From the NCBI GenBank assembly GCA_002269645.1, contig NIVC01002568.1, forward strand, positions 47,112 to 111,111: 64,000 bases of DNA, written 5' to 3'. Source of the DNA: Macrostomum lignano. Its lineage: Eukaryota. Position numbers and translations under genes: made by a program. The notes below the pieces were generated by a model, which did not search any database, was not told the origin of the DNA, and saw only the letters and a program-made list of their open reading frames with translations. This document shows positions 1-12,200 of this stretch, piece by piece (position 1 is the first letter of the stretch; every line of letters begins with the position of its first letter).

Positions 1-857
1 ATGAGAATTGTCGTCTTGGTAGATAAGCAGTCCTTTGATGTCTTCCATGGTGCGTTGGAAGATGAAGGAGCGTTCTTCATCCCATTTGCAGCCGCCGATT
101 GACACGATAGAGCCCCGCGGGACGTGTTTATTACCGATAGGTCCTCTCGCGGCTTCATCAAGCTCGATCTGCCAGTACGCGCGAACGTAGATCGACGTGT
201 GGCGAAAGTTTTGGCGTTCTTTAGCTTGGAGAACATGGTCTCGATGTGTGGAATGGGATATGAGTCTGATTTGATCTTCGAATTGACGTGCACGCTGTAG
301 TCCCGCGCACGCATGCGGAGAGTTCCATCCTTCTTCTTTACCCACACTACGGTGAAGCGTTACTAACCGGACCCTCTGTTGCTCGATGACACCAAGTTGG
401 TGGAGGCGATCCAGTTCTGCGCTGATTTGGCTTTCTAGGGCGAGTGGCACAGACGAGCGCGGCAAAATTGTGGTTTAGCACCGTCCACCAGTTCCATTCG
501 GGCCTTAACGCCTCGGATACAGGGCAGAGGTTCGACGGCAATTTTTTCTGCTTGAACATCGCTGGCATGGAAGACACCGTCAGACTCGAGGAGGTCGCGG
601 CCAAGCAACCCGTACGTCTTTTCCGAAGAGACTACAATCAGTTCCACTGGTTGAAGGCGTCCTCGTAGCTCCACAGTTGCAGTCACTTTACCAAGCGATT
701 TCATGACGTGCCCGTCGAAGGCCTCCAAGCGCCGATTGGAACGCATTAGTGGTGGCTTACCCAGCAGAGCCCATTGCGCACTGGAGAGCACGGAGACTGA
801 TGCTCCCGTGTCGATCTGCATTTTGAAGGGCTTATCGTTGATGCGCACAGTCTCCAT
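1..857 (-). pseudogene. Gypsy pol (aspartic protease + N-terminal RT) with several 1-bp frameshifts
   Basis: ORF 435-857 has DTGA and LLGRD. Manual translation of 1-440 gives VVWVKKKDGTLRM..DY, SYPIPHIETMF, AYWQIEL, APSIFQR and YQDD in shifting frames. Confidence 0.85.
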
Positions 858-922
858 AGATACTTCGATCGAATTGAGCGCATCGATGAGATGCAGTACG
901 TCTGTTTTTTGTTGGGCGGAAT

Positions 923-1741
923 CTAATCCTCCTCACCAGTAGTCGTGTAGTGCATGGATCGAGACTTACAAACAGTACTGAAGTGGTTTTTCTTTCCACA
1001 CTTGGAGCAGCTTTTTCCGAAAGCGGGGCATCTGCCTTCGGGGTGTGACTTGCCACAGTACCGACAGGCGCTGATTGTGCGACGAGAGCTTGCATGCTGC
1101 GATGTCTCAGGCCAACCGGATTGAGCGTAATTAAGGGTGGCTTCGTAGGTGCATGGTGATTTAGATTGGCCGGTTGCCTTGTCCATCTGCCTGGCGACGA
1201 AGCCATCGACTTGCTCTAGGTTGCGTATGAAGTCCGTGATTTCTGAGACGGACATCAGTTTCAGCTGCATTGCTTCGAGTACGCGCTGCTGCTCCCGGCT
1301 ATCGCGCAGTCCTGCGATGAGTGCCGTACTGATTAGCTCCTCGGAAGGGCTTCTGCATGCCTTGAGGTCGTCGAACTTGCAGTCAGTGGCCGCCTGGCGA
1401 AGACGACTGACGAAATCAGAAATGCTTTCTCCTTGCAGTTGTTGCGTCTTGAAGAATCGCGCGCGCTCAGCGATTATCAGTTTCTCTTTGGGGCGCAGAT
1501 ACGTGACAAATGTCGTCTGAATATCCTCGAATGAGAGCTCCGTGAGTGGGCGTGGCGACACCGGACTCTGCAGCTTTTCAAGCGCGGTGAGTCCACAGAT
1601 AGCGAGAAAGTTGTCAGCGATCGTTTTTCTTTCGGTTGAATCAGACCAGCCTTTCGCTCTGGCCAGCGCTTGAAAGGCAGTCAGCCAAACCTGTGCTCGG
1701 TCAGGTTTATCCAGCGGCAGTTCGCCGAGCTGCGACGCCAT
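923..1741 (-). CDS. gag: Gypsy gag protein (272 aa)
   Basis: Retrotransposon gag-like core (FFKTQQLQGESISDFVSRLRQAATDCKF) and C-terminal Cys/His knuckles. Confidence 0.85.
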   Translation of the reverse strand: MASQLGELPLDKPDRAQVWLTAFQALARAKGWSDSTERKTIADNFLAICGLTALEKLQSPVSPRPLTELSFEDIQTTFVTYLRPKEKLIIAERARFFKTQQLQGESISDFVSRLRQAATDCKFDDLKACRSPSEELISTALIAGLRDSREQQRVLEAMQLKLMSVSEITDFIRNLEQVDGFVARQMDKATGQSKSPCTYEATLNYAQSGWPETSQHASSRRTISACRYCGKSHPEGRCPAFGKSCSKCGKKNHFSTVCKSRSMHYTTTGEED

Positions 1742-1975
1742 TGTTGTGAATTGAACTCCGGCTGAAGTATTTAACTCATGAGCTTAAGATTCTTTATATT
1801 TCTTATTTGAAAGAGATCAAAAAGGTGAGCTCTAGCAACTTTGGGCTGGGTTAGTTACCATAGAAGAAACTGTAGCGATAGAATGCTTAGAGGCGATTAG
1901 TGCAAACAAACGGCATTGAATAACGAACTTGAACTTATATAAACTATAGTGCATCTCAGTGTGCGATACACCACA
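1742..1975 (-). repeat. Putative 5' LTR (about 234 bp), followed by a PBS-like TGGCGTCGCAGC at 1740-1729
   Basis: Minus strand starts TGTGGTG, ends CACAACA, contains TTTATATAAG, and is followed by A-TGG. The partner LTR is outside the window, so this is unconfirmed. Confidence 0.6.
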
Positions 1976-2418
1976 AAAATACATGTATTAAAACAAAATG
2001 TTTTTCTTAGAAACGCGAGGATTTAAAAAGGCATAAAAGTAAGATTTGATCACGTAAAAAGATAAAGATAAGTGTGGTAGAGCCCCCCCCTGCGTGAGAC
2101 CCCCTGCTCCCCTCCTCGATGACCAAAAGTGCTTCCTAAGTTCCTTCTCTGATCCCGCGCGTGGCCCTTTCCCTTTTGGGGCCCTTCTTTTCCCTCCTTT
2201 GGTATTATCCTTTGGATAATCTGAAATATACTAAATCTCTAAGGTTTGTATGCTTGAATGACCATAACGATCCAGAGACTTATTAACTACTATAAATATT
2301 AAGTGGTTGATTAGGCCTTACCTAGGCCTTATATTGGTAGTTGATTAAAGTGTGCATAGGAAACAGTTTGTTATAGGCTTAGTTTGTATACTTAATTTTC
2401 TGTATGGGAACTGATCAA

Positions 2419-3273
2419 GGTATCCACGCTTTTCGGTGCCTGTGCTTTTCGGTGCCCGTCATTTCGGTGCCCCAGCTCGCTTTTCGGTGCCCAAATTAAA
2501 CATTAGAATTGGACACAAAATATAGAGATTGAGCTCTAATTTAGCAGTAAGTGCTTTGTCTTTGCGGTACTCTTATTTACTTTAAAAAATAAAGTATTAT
2601 TCATTTAGTTAAGCTGACCTGCTGTTTTAGTGAATTCAAAAAAATGGTTTTCGATTAGGCCTACTCGATTCGATTTACTTCCATGTCGCTATAGCCGCGC
2701 GTCTCAGCCGCGTCAAAATTTTAAACTAATGCCCTAAATGCGCTTGTAATAAAATCTTATAGATTATGGTCCAAGAGTTATGCCCAAAAAGATTTCAGTT
2801 CATTAAATAATACTCGCTACATTATCCTAGGCAGTTTTATGAAATAAAACATGATCGGGTGATTCAAAAAATCAATACTAACTAAAATACATGTAGACTT
2901 GTCACATTTCATAATTTCGATCAAAACTACATGTAGCATTGTTGATGGATTTTAACTTTCCTAACTAAGTCTTCATAGCACTAGCACGCTTGCTGAGGGC
3001 AGCCAGCTTATATTGTATATACAGGATACAGCAACTGTGTGCAATTAAATTGAACGGATTTTTCCAATGTAAAGAAACGTGCCAGTTTAACAAAATTAAT
3101 ACTGCTTTTATTTAAAATATCGAACGTTTTGTAAAGTATTTATCATATTTGTTATAGGATTTCTTTTTTATTATCATCATTTTGGCGTAATATAAACTGG
3201 GGCACCGAAAGGCAATCTGGGGCACCGAAATGCCGGGCACCGAAAAGCACGGGCACCGAAATGCATGGAAACC
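2419..3273. mobile_element. Non-autonomous TIR element (MITE) with GG..CC termini and 8-bp TSD (Merlin- or Mutator-like)
   Basis: About 75-bp imperfect TIRs built from TTTCGGTGCC subrepeats. Perfect TSD CTGATCAA at 2411-2418 and 3274-3281. Confidence 0.8.
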
Positions 3274-4091
3274 CTGATCAAAAGGGCGATAGTCGACAGA
3301 TCAAAAGGGCGACAGTTAAAAGGGTGACAGTCAAAAGGGCTTTCATTCCCTTATTTTTGTTTATTTAAAATTTTTAGTTTGACCTGTTTTAGGTGTTTAT
3401 ATGCATAAAGAAACCAGGACATATATGATATGGTAAATAAATATCCTTGATAATTTCTTTGAATTGCTGAGCACTCACAATTAGCTTAACAACTTACAAA
3501 AGTAGCAAAAAATAATAGATAGAAATAGAAAAAATTGCTGCTATTTCTAGAAAATGCTACTCTTTTGTATTAAATGTTTCACTGGTTTGTTGCTAGCTAT
3601 TGTTTCCATTAGATATAACAATAGACAAAAATATTTGAACTAATAAGCCATTTTTTCTATAGGTTCATCATGTTTAAAGGCAGATAAAGAATGCATTCCA
3701 TATTTTTCCTTTATAATAACTTGTAGTTACATAAAGTCCTAGTACTAAAATAATTTAAAAATAGCACAATCACATTTTATTAATATTATTTTTTTATTTG
3801 TACTCCTATTATCTTTTAGGCCTAACTACAACCTTTCTTTGAAATGTTGATACCTTTGTTATAGAAACTGACAATACTTGCATTTTTAAATAGCTTTTTT
3901 ATACTACTTTTTTGTATACCAAATGCAATTTTATTATATATACAGTATGCCAAATGCAATTTTTAAAGATTTGAGCATGCCAAATGAACTATAAAAGCTA
4001 ATGCATGCTGGAATTTTCAAGCAAAAAAGCCACCTTCCTGACTATGACATATATATTCATGTTTATTTTCTATTACCAACTTTCTAAGGTC

Positions 4092-5075
4092 CAGTGTTGG
4101 GTACCAGTCTTAATAAGTATTAAATCTTAATGCTTAATAATTATGCTTATTAACAGATTAAGTCTAAGGAAAAGTTATATGTATAGCAATAGAAATATAT
4201 TCAAATTTACCTAAATGCCATAGTTTGGAAGGCAACATATATGCCAAGAAATCCTGGTATACAACAAGGATCTTACCATTTTTCAGCGTATATCAGGATA
4301 TATCCTGGCATATATGACATAGCAGATACATTGTGTCAAATGACAATTTTTTGTATTGGTACACAAACCTAGCATACAAATGAGGTCTCATCATTTTTTA
4401 TGGTATTTAGTGTTTACTAGTACACATTCCTAACAATGGCCTAAATGATTTATTAATCTCTTTGTTTATGAAGATCATCATGCAAATGTAATAACTTCTT
4501 ACTAATAAACTTTAATTATGAATTAAACTTGTGAAATTTAATTATTGCTTGTGTGTGAACATTGATTGCTTTGATTCACTTCTTTCTTAATCTTTCATAA
4601 CTTTCTGCTGCACTTGCTAATGCTTCTGCAACAACCTTCCTATTCATATTTTATTATTATACTCATCTAATCAGTTTTCAAGTTCCAAAAAAATAAGTTA
4701 CTTCTTTTACTATATGCCTAGCCTACTTTTAGTAGTATTACATACCTACAAGTTTTTACAATTTTCATGTATTACTTTTTAGCTTGTAAATTGCTTGGAT
4801 GACCTCTGTGTTTTTCTCACATATAAAGATGATAAAAAGTTGCTAAAAAGATAGAAAAGCAAAGACAGTGCATTATGAAGTCTGTTTTGAAAAAAAACTG
4901 CAAGATTTTTGTATTTTCTATGTTAACTTTAATGGATTAACACTCATTTACTCTTATCTATTAACTACTTTCAGTTAACTTAACAAAATTAAGAGTTAAT
5001 AAGTTAAGATTTTTATGTTTTAATGCTTTAGCCCTTAATAGAAGTTAAGATTTTTATTAACAGTGCCCAACACTA
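4092..5075. mobile_element. hAT-like MITE
   Basis: Termini CAGTGTTGGG / CCCAACACTA. Flanking 8-mers CTAAGGTC / GTAAGGTG (6/8 match). Confidence 0.6.
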
Positions 5076-5645
5076 GTAAGGTGTTAAATATCTTGAGGTA
5101 TTAAGGTCTTTAATCTTTTTTAAATCATTTAACATTGAGATTTTGAACTTATTGTTATGAAAATATGAATGTCTAAGTGGTATTAGTAATACATTGTGAG
5201 TGGGCCTTATGCCATAGGCATACAACTCTACAACCAAAAGCCAGCATATACAATATACATACTACTAGTGCTATTACAGTATGTCATAACATTATAACAA
5301 TGCAATGACAAGGATAATAATGGAAAAATATCAATCCTAGGATAATCCTATCGACCTATCCTAGCATCTCAGATTTGATATTTTCTAATCCCAGGATCCT
5401 AGGTTTGAGGGAACATCTAGGATTTTGTGACCCCTAAGTGTTCATAACAATTATAATTATTTCAATATTACACACATTTAAACAAATTAAAAACTTTAAA
5501 ATGAGTTTTTTAAAGAATTGTTTATGGGAATAAGGCCTATTGCATACGTTTTTATTACCTCCCCGCTCCTATTTTTGACTTTGATTTTTTAAATGGCTAT
5601 ACAACATCTACATTTTATTTCATTGCTTTAACTGCTTATTGATTG

Positions 5646-8148
5646 ATGCAGCCGAACACTGGCACCCAGGCCGACTCAGGCTCCTCTCAGAGTGAGCCCG
5701 AGTGCATCAGTCAGACCAGGGAGCAGCGGCAGCAGTCAACCTACCTGGATGAGAAAATCGCGGTGCCCCAGCCCGGCCAGGAGGTGTTCTCCCTGCGCAA
5801 GCTGTGGGCATACACGGGACCGGGCTTTCTCATGAGCATCGCTTACCTGGATCCTGGGAATATTGAGAGCGACCTTCAAACTGGCACCTTGGCCAGGTTC
5901 GACCTGCTGTGGCTGCTGCTGCTGGCGCACATCTTGGGGCTCCTCATGCAGCGGCTGGCCGCCAGGCTTGGCGTGGTCAGCGGCTGCAACCTGGCGGAGG
6001 CTGCGGCCGAGTTTTACCCAGCTGTGCCCCGCTTCCTGCTCTGGCTCATGGTTGAGGTGAGAAGTGCTTGTGTACTGCGTGTGAGCTCATGGTTGAGGTG
6101 AGAAGTGCTTGTGTACTGTGTGTGAGCTCATGGTTGAGGTGAGAAGTGCTTGTGTACTGTGTGTGAGCTCATGGTTGAGGTGAGCAGTGCTTGTGTACTG
6201 TGTGTGAGCTCATGGTTGAGGTGAGCAGTGCTTGTGTACTGTGTGTGAGCTCATGGTTGAGGTGAGCAGTGCTTGTGTACTGTGTATGAGCTCATGGTTG
6301 AGGTGAGCAATGCTTGTGTACTGTGTGTGAGCTCATGGTTGAGGTGAGCAGTGCTTGTGTACTGTGTATGAGCTCATGGTTGAGGTGAGCAATGCTTGTG
6401 TACTGTGTGAGCTCATGGTTGAGGTGAGCAGTGCTGCAATCAGTGAGCAGTGCTGCAATCAGTGAGCAGTGCTGCAATCAGTGAGCAGTGCTGCAATCAG
6501 TGAGCAGTGCTTGCAGTGTGCTGTGACCTCACTATGGATCAATGACGTCATCCATAAAGTCGCTGGTCAGTGCCAGTCTGAAAGCAGCAATGCCATGCAG
6601 CCATCACTTGCCCTCCATAGGTGGCTATTGTGGGCTCGGACATGCAAGAGGTGATCGGGACGGCCATCGCCCTTAACCTGCTGAGCAACGGGGCGATCCC
6701 GCTGTGGGCCGGCGTGCTCATTACCATTGTCGACACCTTCACGTTCCTGCTGCTGGACAAGTACGGCCTGCGCCGCCTAGAGGCCTTTTTCGGCTTTCTC
6801 ATCCTCACCATGGCCGTCACGTTCGGCTACGAGTACGTGGTGGTGCAGCCCGACCAGCGGCAGGTGCTGCGCGGCCTGGTGGTGCCGGGGTGCCGCGGCT
6901 GCGGGGGCCGTCAGCTGCTGCAGGCGGTGGGCACCATCGGAGCGGTGATCATGCCGCACAACATCTACCTGCACAGCGCCCTCGTGCAGTCGCGTGACGT
7001 GAACAGGCAAGACAGGCGGGCGGTGCGTGAGGCCAACAAGTACTTCTTCGTGGAGTCCTCCATCGCTCTGTTCGTGTCCTTTCTCATCAACCTGTTCGTG
7101 GTGTCCGTGTTCGCCCAGGGTTACAGCGAGCAGGCCATGAGTGCCATCTACAACTCCTGTGTGGCCAACGACAATCCGCATGCCGACATCTTCAGCGGTG
7201 AGGAGGCCGTTTTTGTGAATGTCTTTTTTAGAAAAAATGCTTTAACTGCCACTCAAACGAACAATAACGCACTGTATAAAGCTGCTGCTGCTTGTCTTCT
7301 CCAGAAAGTACTCCTAGTACTCCTAGAAATTCCTAGTTTATAGTTTCTTTTTTGAAATTCTATGCCTCAGCGTTAATTTGAAACTTATATGTAGTTTTCT
7401 CAGCAACCTTGAAGCTTTACAAATGTCCAATTGTGGTAAATTTTCAGGCAACTCCAGCAAGCTGGATATGGACATCTACCGGGGCGGCGTCTTCCTCGGC
7501 TGCCAGTTCGGCCTGGCCTGCATGTACATCTGGGCGGTGGGCATCCTGGCTGCTGGCCAGTCCTCCACCATGACCGGCACCTACGCGGGCCAGTTCGTCA
7601 TGGAGGGCTTCCTGCGGCTGCGCTGGAAGCGCTGGCAGCGGGTGCTGCTCACTCGCTCCTTGGCCATCGCCCCCACCGTCCTGCTGGCCGCCCTCACCGA
7701 CATCAACCGGCTCACCGGCCTCAACGATCTGCTGAACGTACTCATGTCCCAGCAGCTGCCGTTCGCCCTCATCCCCATCCTCACTTTCACGGCTTCAGGC
7801 CGCTACATGAGCGAGTTCCGTAACCACCCTGTCATCAGCCTGCTGGCTGCGCTGCTCTCTGCCGCCGTGGTGGCCATCAACGTCTTCTTCATGGCGGTGT
7901 TCGTGCAGCAGCTGCCGCAGGTGTGGTACGTTCTGGCACCTTTAGGCCTGGCCTGCCTGCTGTACTTCTGCTTCATCATCTACCTGGTGGTCCTGGCCTG
8001 CGCGGAGATTTTCCCAGTCTGCTGCGGCCGGCTCGGGGATCGTTGCCGCGGCCGCGGTGGTCAGCAGTTGCTCGGCAGCGGTGGCGACTCCGAGATTGTG
8101 GAGCCGCTGCTGGGAGACAGTGAGCTGGCCGGAGGGACCGCGACTTGA
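5646..8148 (+). CDS. SLC11A2: NRAMP/SLC11 divalent metal transporter; exons 5646-6056, 6621-7197, 7448-8148 (a short upstream exon spliced in at 5652 is possible)
   Basis: Motifs [66 protein letters not shown] junctions keep frame (phases 0, 1). Paralog assignment within SLC11 is not resolvable. Confidence 0.95.
6044..6510. repeat. 41-bp minisatellite (10 copies) followed by a 19-bp repeat (about 4 copies), starting inside the NRAMP exon end
   Basis: Unit GCTCATGGTTGAG|GTGAG(A/C)AGTGCTTGTGTACTGTGTGTGA, then GTGAGCAGTGCTGCAATCA. Confidence 0.95.
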
Positions 8149-9271
8149 GCGCAACTAGGCTGGTAATAGCAGCAGCTTATGGTTCGATTTTTACCGGCTG
8201 TTACAGACATTATTTTTCATGCAAGGCAGTTGAACTGCGTACTTTAGATCTGTTTCAGTCTGTTTCTTTGCCTACTTGGAATGGTCTGCAACAGTTTTAT
8301 GCAGAGGCAATTCAGTTCGCTTATAAGCAGTCAATTATTCGAAGGGTTTTGCTACCAACGTTCCTGCAATTCCGCTGAGGCAATTGGAATTCGGACCTCC
8401 GTACAGTTTCTCAGTACAGTATTGGAATATAACTGGGTGGTATTGAGGCGATTTTGTATGATGAGTTTAACCAGAGCTTCTAAATAATTATGATGGCGCT
8501 TTAACGCTCAGCAGTCTGCACTTGAACTAAAAACACCCTCAATTGTTACAGCTGCGGTTTCAATTTTTGCAAGCTTTTTCAAGACTATAGTGAGGTCGAA
8601 CAGCTGAGTAGCTTTTGTTTTCAGTAGACTTTGTTTTTATATCGTGTTGTTAAAGTTGTCTTATTGTTTTTCCGAGTCTCAGATTTATTATTAATAGAGA
8701 GCTCCTCGTATATGTCCTGTAAACTGCAGACCACTTTTACTCCGGACTGTGGACTGTAAAAGTGCTGCATGTACTTTCGGTGAGTGTAATAAACTGGTAT
8801 CGAATTTTAGTGTACTCAGCTTTCTGAGATTTATGAGCAGTGTATGCTCTGAACGAAAAAAAAAAATTATGAATAGAACTTGCTTTTTTTTTTGGCCCAT
8901 TGCACCAGCGGGATCGACTAAAGCCTCGTAAAGACAAGCCTTTATCGAATTAGTTACAGCAAGCTGTTGCTGTGGAAGCAGTTTAAGTCGTTAATTTATT
9001 GGTGCCTAGTAGTCAATAAGGCTTGCGCGCCTTGAACAATAGAGGAAAGACTAACAGAATTTATAGCTAGCATTATGTACGCTTGATCTTGCAATAGTGC
9101 AGAAGTCTGAAGCTAAACTGTACATGCGGAACATCTGAATGAATCAACTATCAGTAATAACTGATAACATTAAAATGCTCTATAAAACAGATAAATAACT
9201 CTCAGGCATTCTTACAGGTAAAATAAATAACTAAAATGTGAATACTGAGATGAGTAATTAAAGCTTGTGGC

Positions 9272-12200
9272 TCAGCGAGGCTCCGCAGCCAGGAGTGGCG
9301 GCTGGTGGCAGAGCAGCGCCTCGGTCTGGCGCGACCAGAACAGCAGCAGGTCGGACCAGCAGTGGCGCATCCACAGCATGCCAAGCACCACGCACAGGTG
9401 CCAGTGGTTGTGGCTGTGGCCAGCGAAGTCGAAGCGGCCTTGGGTTGAAGAGACAGAAGGCATAATAAGAATATTGACTAGAGTTTTTGCCAAAAAGGGC
9501 AATATTTAAGCCGTCAATTTATTACCATAGAGATATGCAGTACACGATCGTAGCACAATGTTCTTTTAACAGCCTGATTTATTTTCAATGATGGACAAAA
9601 AAGCAACTTATAAAATGACCAAAATTAATAAAATATGAGCAGAATAATTTTTCTGTACATCTTATGTAGGTTTATATTTTAAATAGTAGTTTCTGAATAC
9701 CAGACTCAGTATTGTTTTAGTTGATGATTAAGATAATAAGTGCTATCTTAATAGCACTTGATGGATAGCTATCGATAACTATTGTTTGATAACTAGCTTA
9801 AAGCAAATACCATGGACCACAGGGACAAACTTCATGAAGCAGCTGTCGACGCAAAATACACTGGTCTACTTTTACTTGGATGTAACAGGCATTACATATT
9901 TTGGTGAAAAATTATTCTCATAAGATTTTGTTCTGCAGTTAAAATTGAGACAAGTGGACTGAGTTTCACAAAATACTTGCATGAAATGTTTCGCATTTTA
10001 AAGCTGCTAATAATAATAATAAAGTAAATAATACTACACACGTGGTATGTGTAAGATGCTCTAAAATCTCATCTCAGACCATCTATCCCATTGTGGAGTG
10101 CTTGAACGCACTCAATGAAAGGTTAGTCCGTTGCAATTTTAGATGCCAGCTCAAGCACTGGAATGGAGCCGGACCAAACCGAAAGCAGTCGATACCTTGT
10201 TGGACCAATCGACCAGAAGCGCCGAGACATCATCCCACCCTAGAAGCGCCGAGACATCATCCCACCCTAGAAGCACCGAGACATCATCCCACCCTAGAAG
10301 CGCCGAGACATCATCCCACCCTAGAAGCACCGAGACATCATCCCACCCTAGAAGCACCGAGACATCATCCCACCCTAGAAGCGCCGAGACATCATCCCAC
10401 CCTAGAAGCGCCGAGACATCATCCCACCCTAGAAGCGCCGAGACATCATCCCACCCTAGAAGCGCCGAGACATCATCCCACCCTAGAAGCGCCGAGACAT
10501 CATCCCACCCTAGAAGCGCCGAGACATCATTCCACTCTAGAAGCAACGAGACATCATCCCACCATTGAAGCAACGAGACATCATCCCACCATAGAAGCGC
10601 CGAGACATCAACCCACCCTTGAAGCGCCGAGACATCATCCCACCCTTGAAGCGCCGAGACATCATTCCACTCTAGAAGCAACGAGACATCATCCTACCAT
10701 TGAAGCGCCGAGACATCATCCCACCCTAGAAGCGCCGAGACATCATTCCACCCTAGAAGCGCCGAGACATCATCCCACCCTAGAAGCGCCGAGACATCAT
10801 CCCACCCTAGAAGCGCCGAGACATCATCCCACCCTAGAAGCGCCGAGACATCATTCCACCCTAGAAGCAACGAGACATCATTCCACCCTAGAAGCGCCGA
10901 GACATCATCCCACCCTAGAAGCGCCGAGACATCATTCCACCCTAGAAGCGCCGAGACATCATCCCACCCTAGAAGCGCCGAGACATCATCCCACCCTAGA
11001 AGCGCCGAGACATCATCCCACCCTAGAAGCGCCGAGACATCATTCCACCCTAGAAGCAACGAGACATCATTCCACCCTAGAAGCGCCGAGACATCATCCC
11101 ACCCTAGAAGCGCCGAGACATCATTCCACCCTAGAAGCGCCGAGACATCATCCCACCCTAGAAGCGCCGAGACATCATTCCACCCTAGAAGCGCCGAGAC
11201 ATCATTCCACCCTAGAAGCAACGAGACATCATTCCACCCTAGAAGCCGAGAATAGCAAAAAATCGTGAAGCAGCTTCAGAAAGAGTTTAAAGCAGACACA
11301 ATGAATTGGGTGGGACACTTGCAAACCAAGAATGGTCAAAGTGCAGACCATTGAATGTACTGAGGATTTATCTGAGAACGAGACATATTCGAGCACCGAG
11401 TGCTATCCTGATAGACTTCATGCGAACGTGTTTTCTTTAAGTCGGCGTGAAATCTCAACATAATCGGTTTGGACGGGAGCTTTGAGTCAGGCTTCATTAG
11501 GGCCTGACATCGCCTTAGTCAAAAGGGCTTTGCTAGCAGTACGCCAATAAATAAGATAGTGAAAACATCGCGCATTCTCACCTGGGAGGCAGCGCTCTGG
11601 AAACTGCGAGACATAGAAGCCGAAACCGAGCAGGCCGATTGCGTAAAGCGCAAGCACTTTGGGAAGAAAGTGCTGGAATGGGAAATTTCACTGCTTGTGT
11701 TCGCTGCATATATAATGGATAGTAAATTGGCTACAGGTCTGTGGGCACCCTGGCGCAACGCCTTTAGTGACATCAGGCAGCGCTGAGACGATTCTGCTGA
11801 CTCCTAAGCACAGATATTGTTCAAGCGCGCCAATACTGTACACTCTGTGCCTTGGGGGTTGGCCCTCCCCTCATGGCAAGCCCTCATTAATTTTCTAATC
11901 GCTGGAAATGTACACTCTGTGCCTTGGGGGTTGGCCCTCATGACAAGCCCTCATTGATTTTCTAATCGCTGGGAATGTACACTCTGTGCCTTGGGGGTTG
12001 GCCCTCATGGCAAGCCCTCATTGATTTTCTAATCGCTGGGAATGTACACTCTGTGCCTTGGGGGTTGGCCCTCATGGCAAGCCCTCATTGACTTTCTAAT
12101 CGCTGGAAATGTACACTCTGTGCCTTGGGGGTTGGCCCTCATGGCAAGCCCTCATTGACTTTCTAATCGCTGGAAATGTACACTCTGTGCCTTGGGGGTT

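Larger units (their letters stand above)
1..1975 (-). mobile_element. Ty3/Gypsy (Mag-like) LTR retrotransposon, 5' part (LTR-PBS-gag-protease-RT), running off the window start
   Basis: gag with CCHC knuckle (CSKCGKKNHFSTVC), protease DTGA motif (MQIDTGASVSVL), RT fragments incl. YQDD at 10-21, LTR-like segment with TG..CA ends. Confidence 0.9.

Noticed and set aside
1-860. Programmed readthrough/frameshift at the gag TAG (923-925) and dense indels in RT as a special recoding system
   Set aside because: Many scattered 1-bp indels are better explained by decay or long-read consensus error, and cannot be distinguished here.
8148-9272. Overlapping 3' UTRs of convergent NRAMP and PAQR3
   Set aside because: AATAAA sites at 8788 (+) and 9000-8995 (-) allow non-overlapping ends; transcript data would be needed.
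10042-11268. Long ORFs on both strands over the 27-bp array as protein-coding genes
   Set aside because: The unit length is divisible by 3, there is no proper start, and it lies in a PAQR3 intron. Kept only as a low-interest test.
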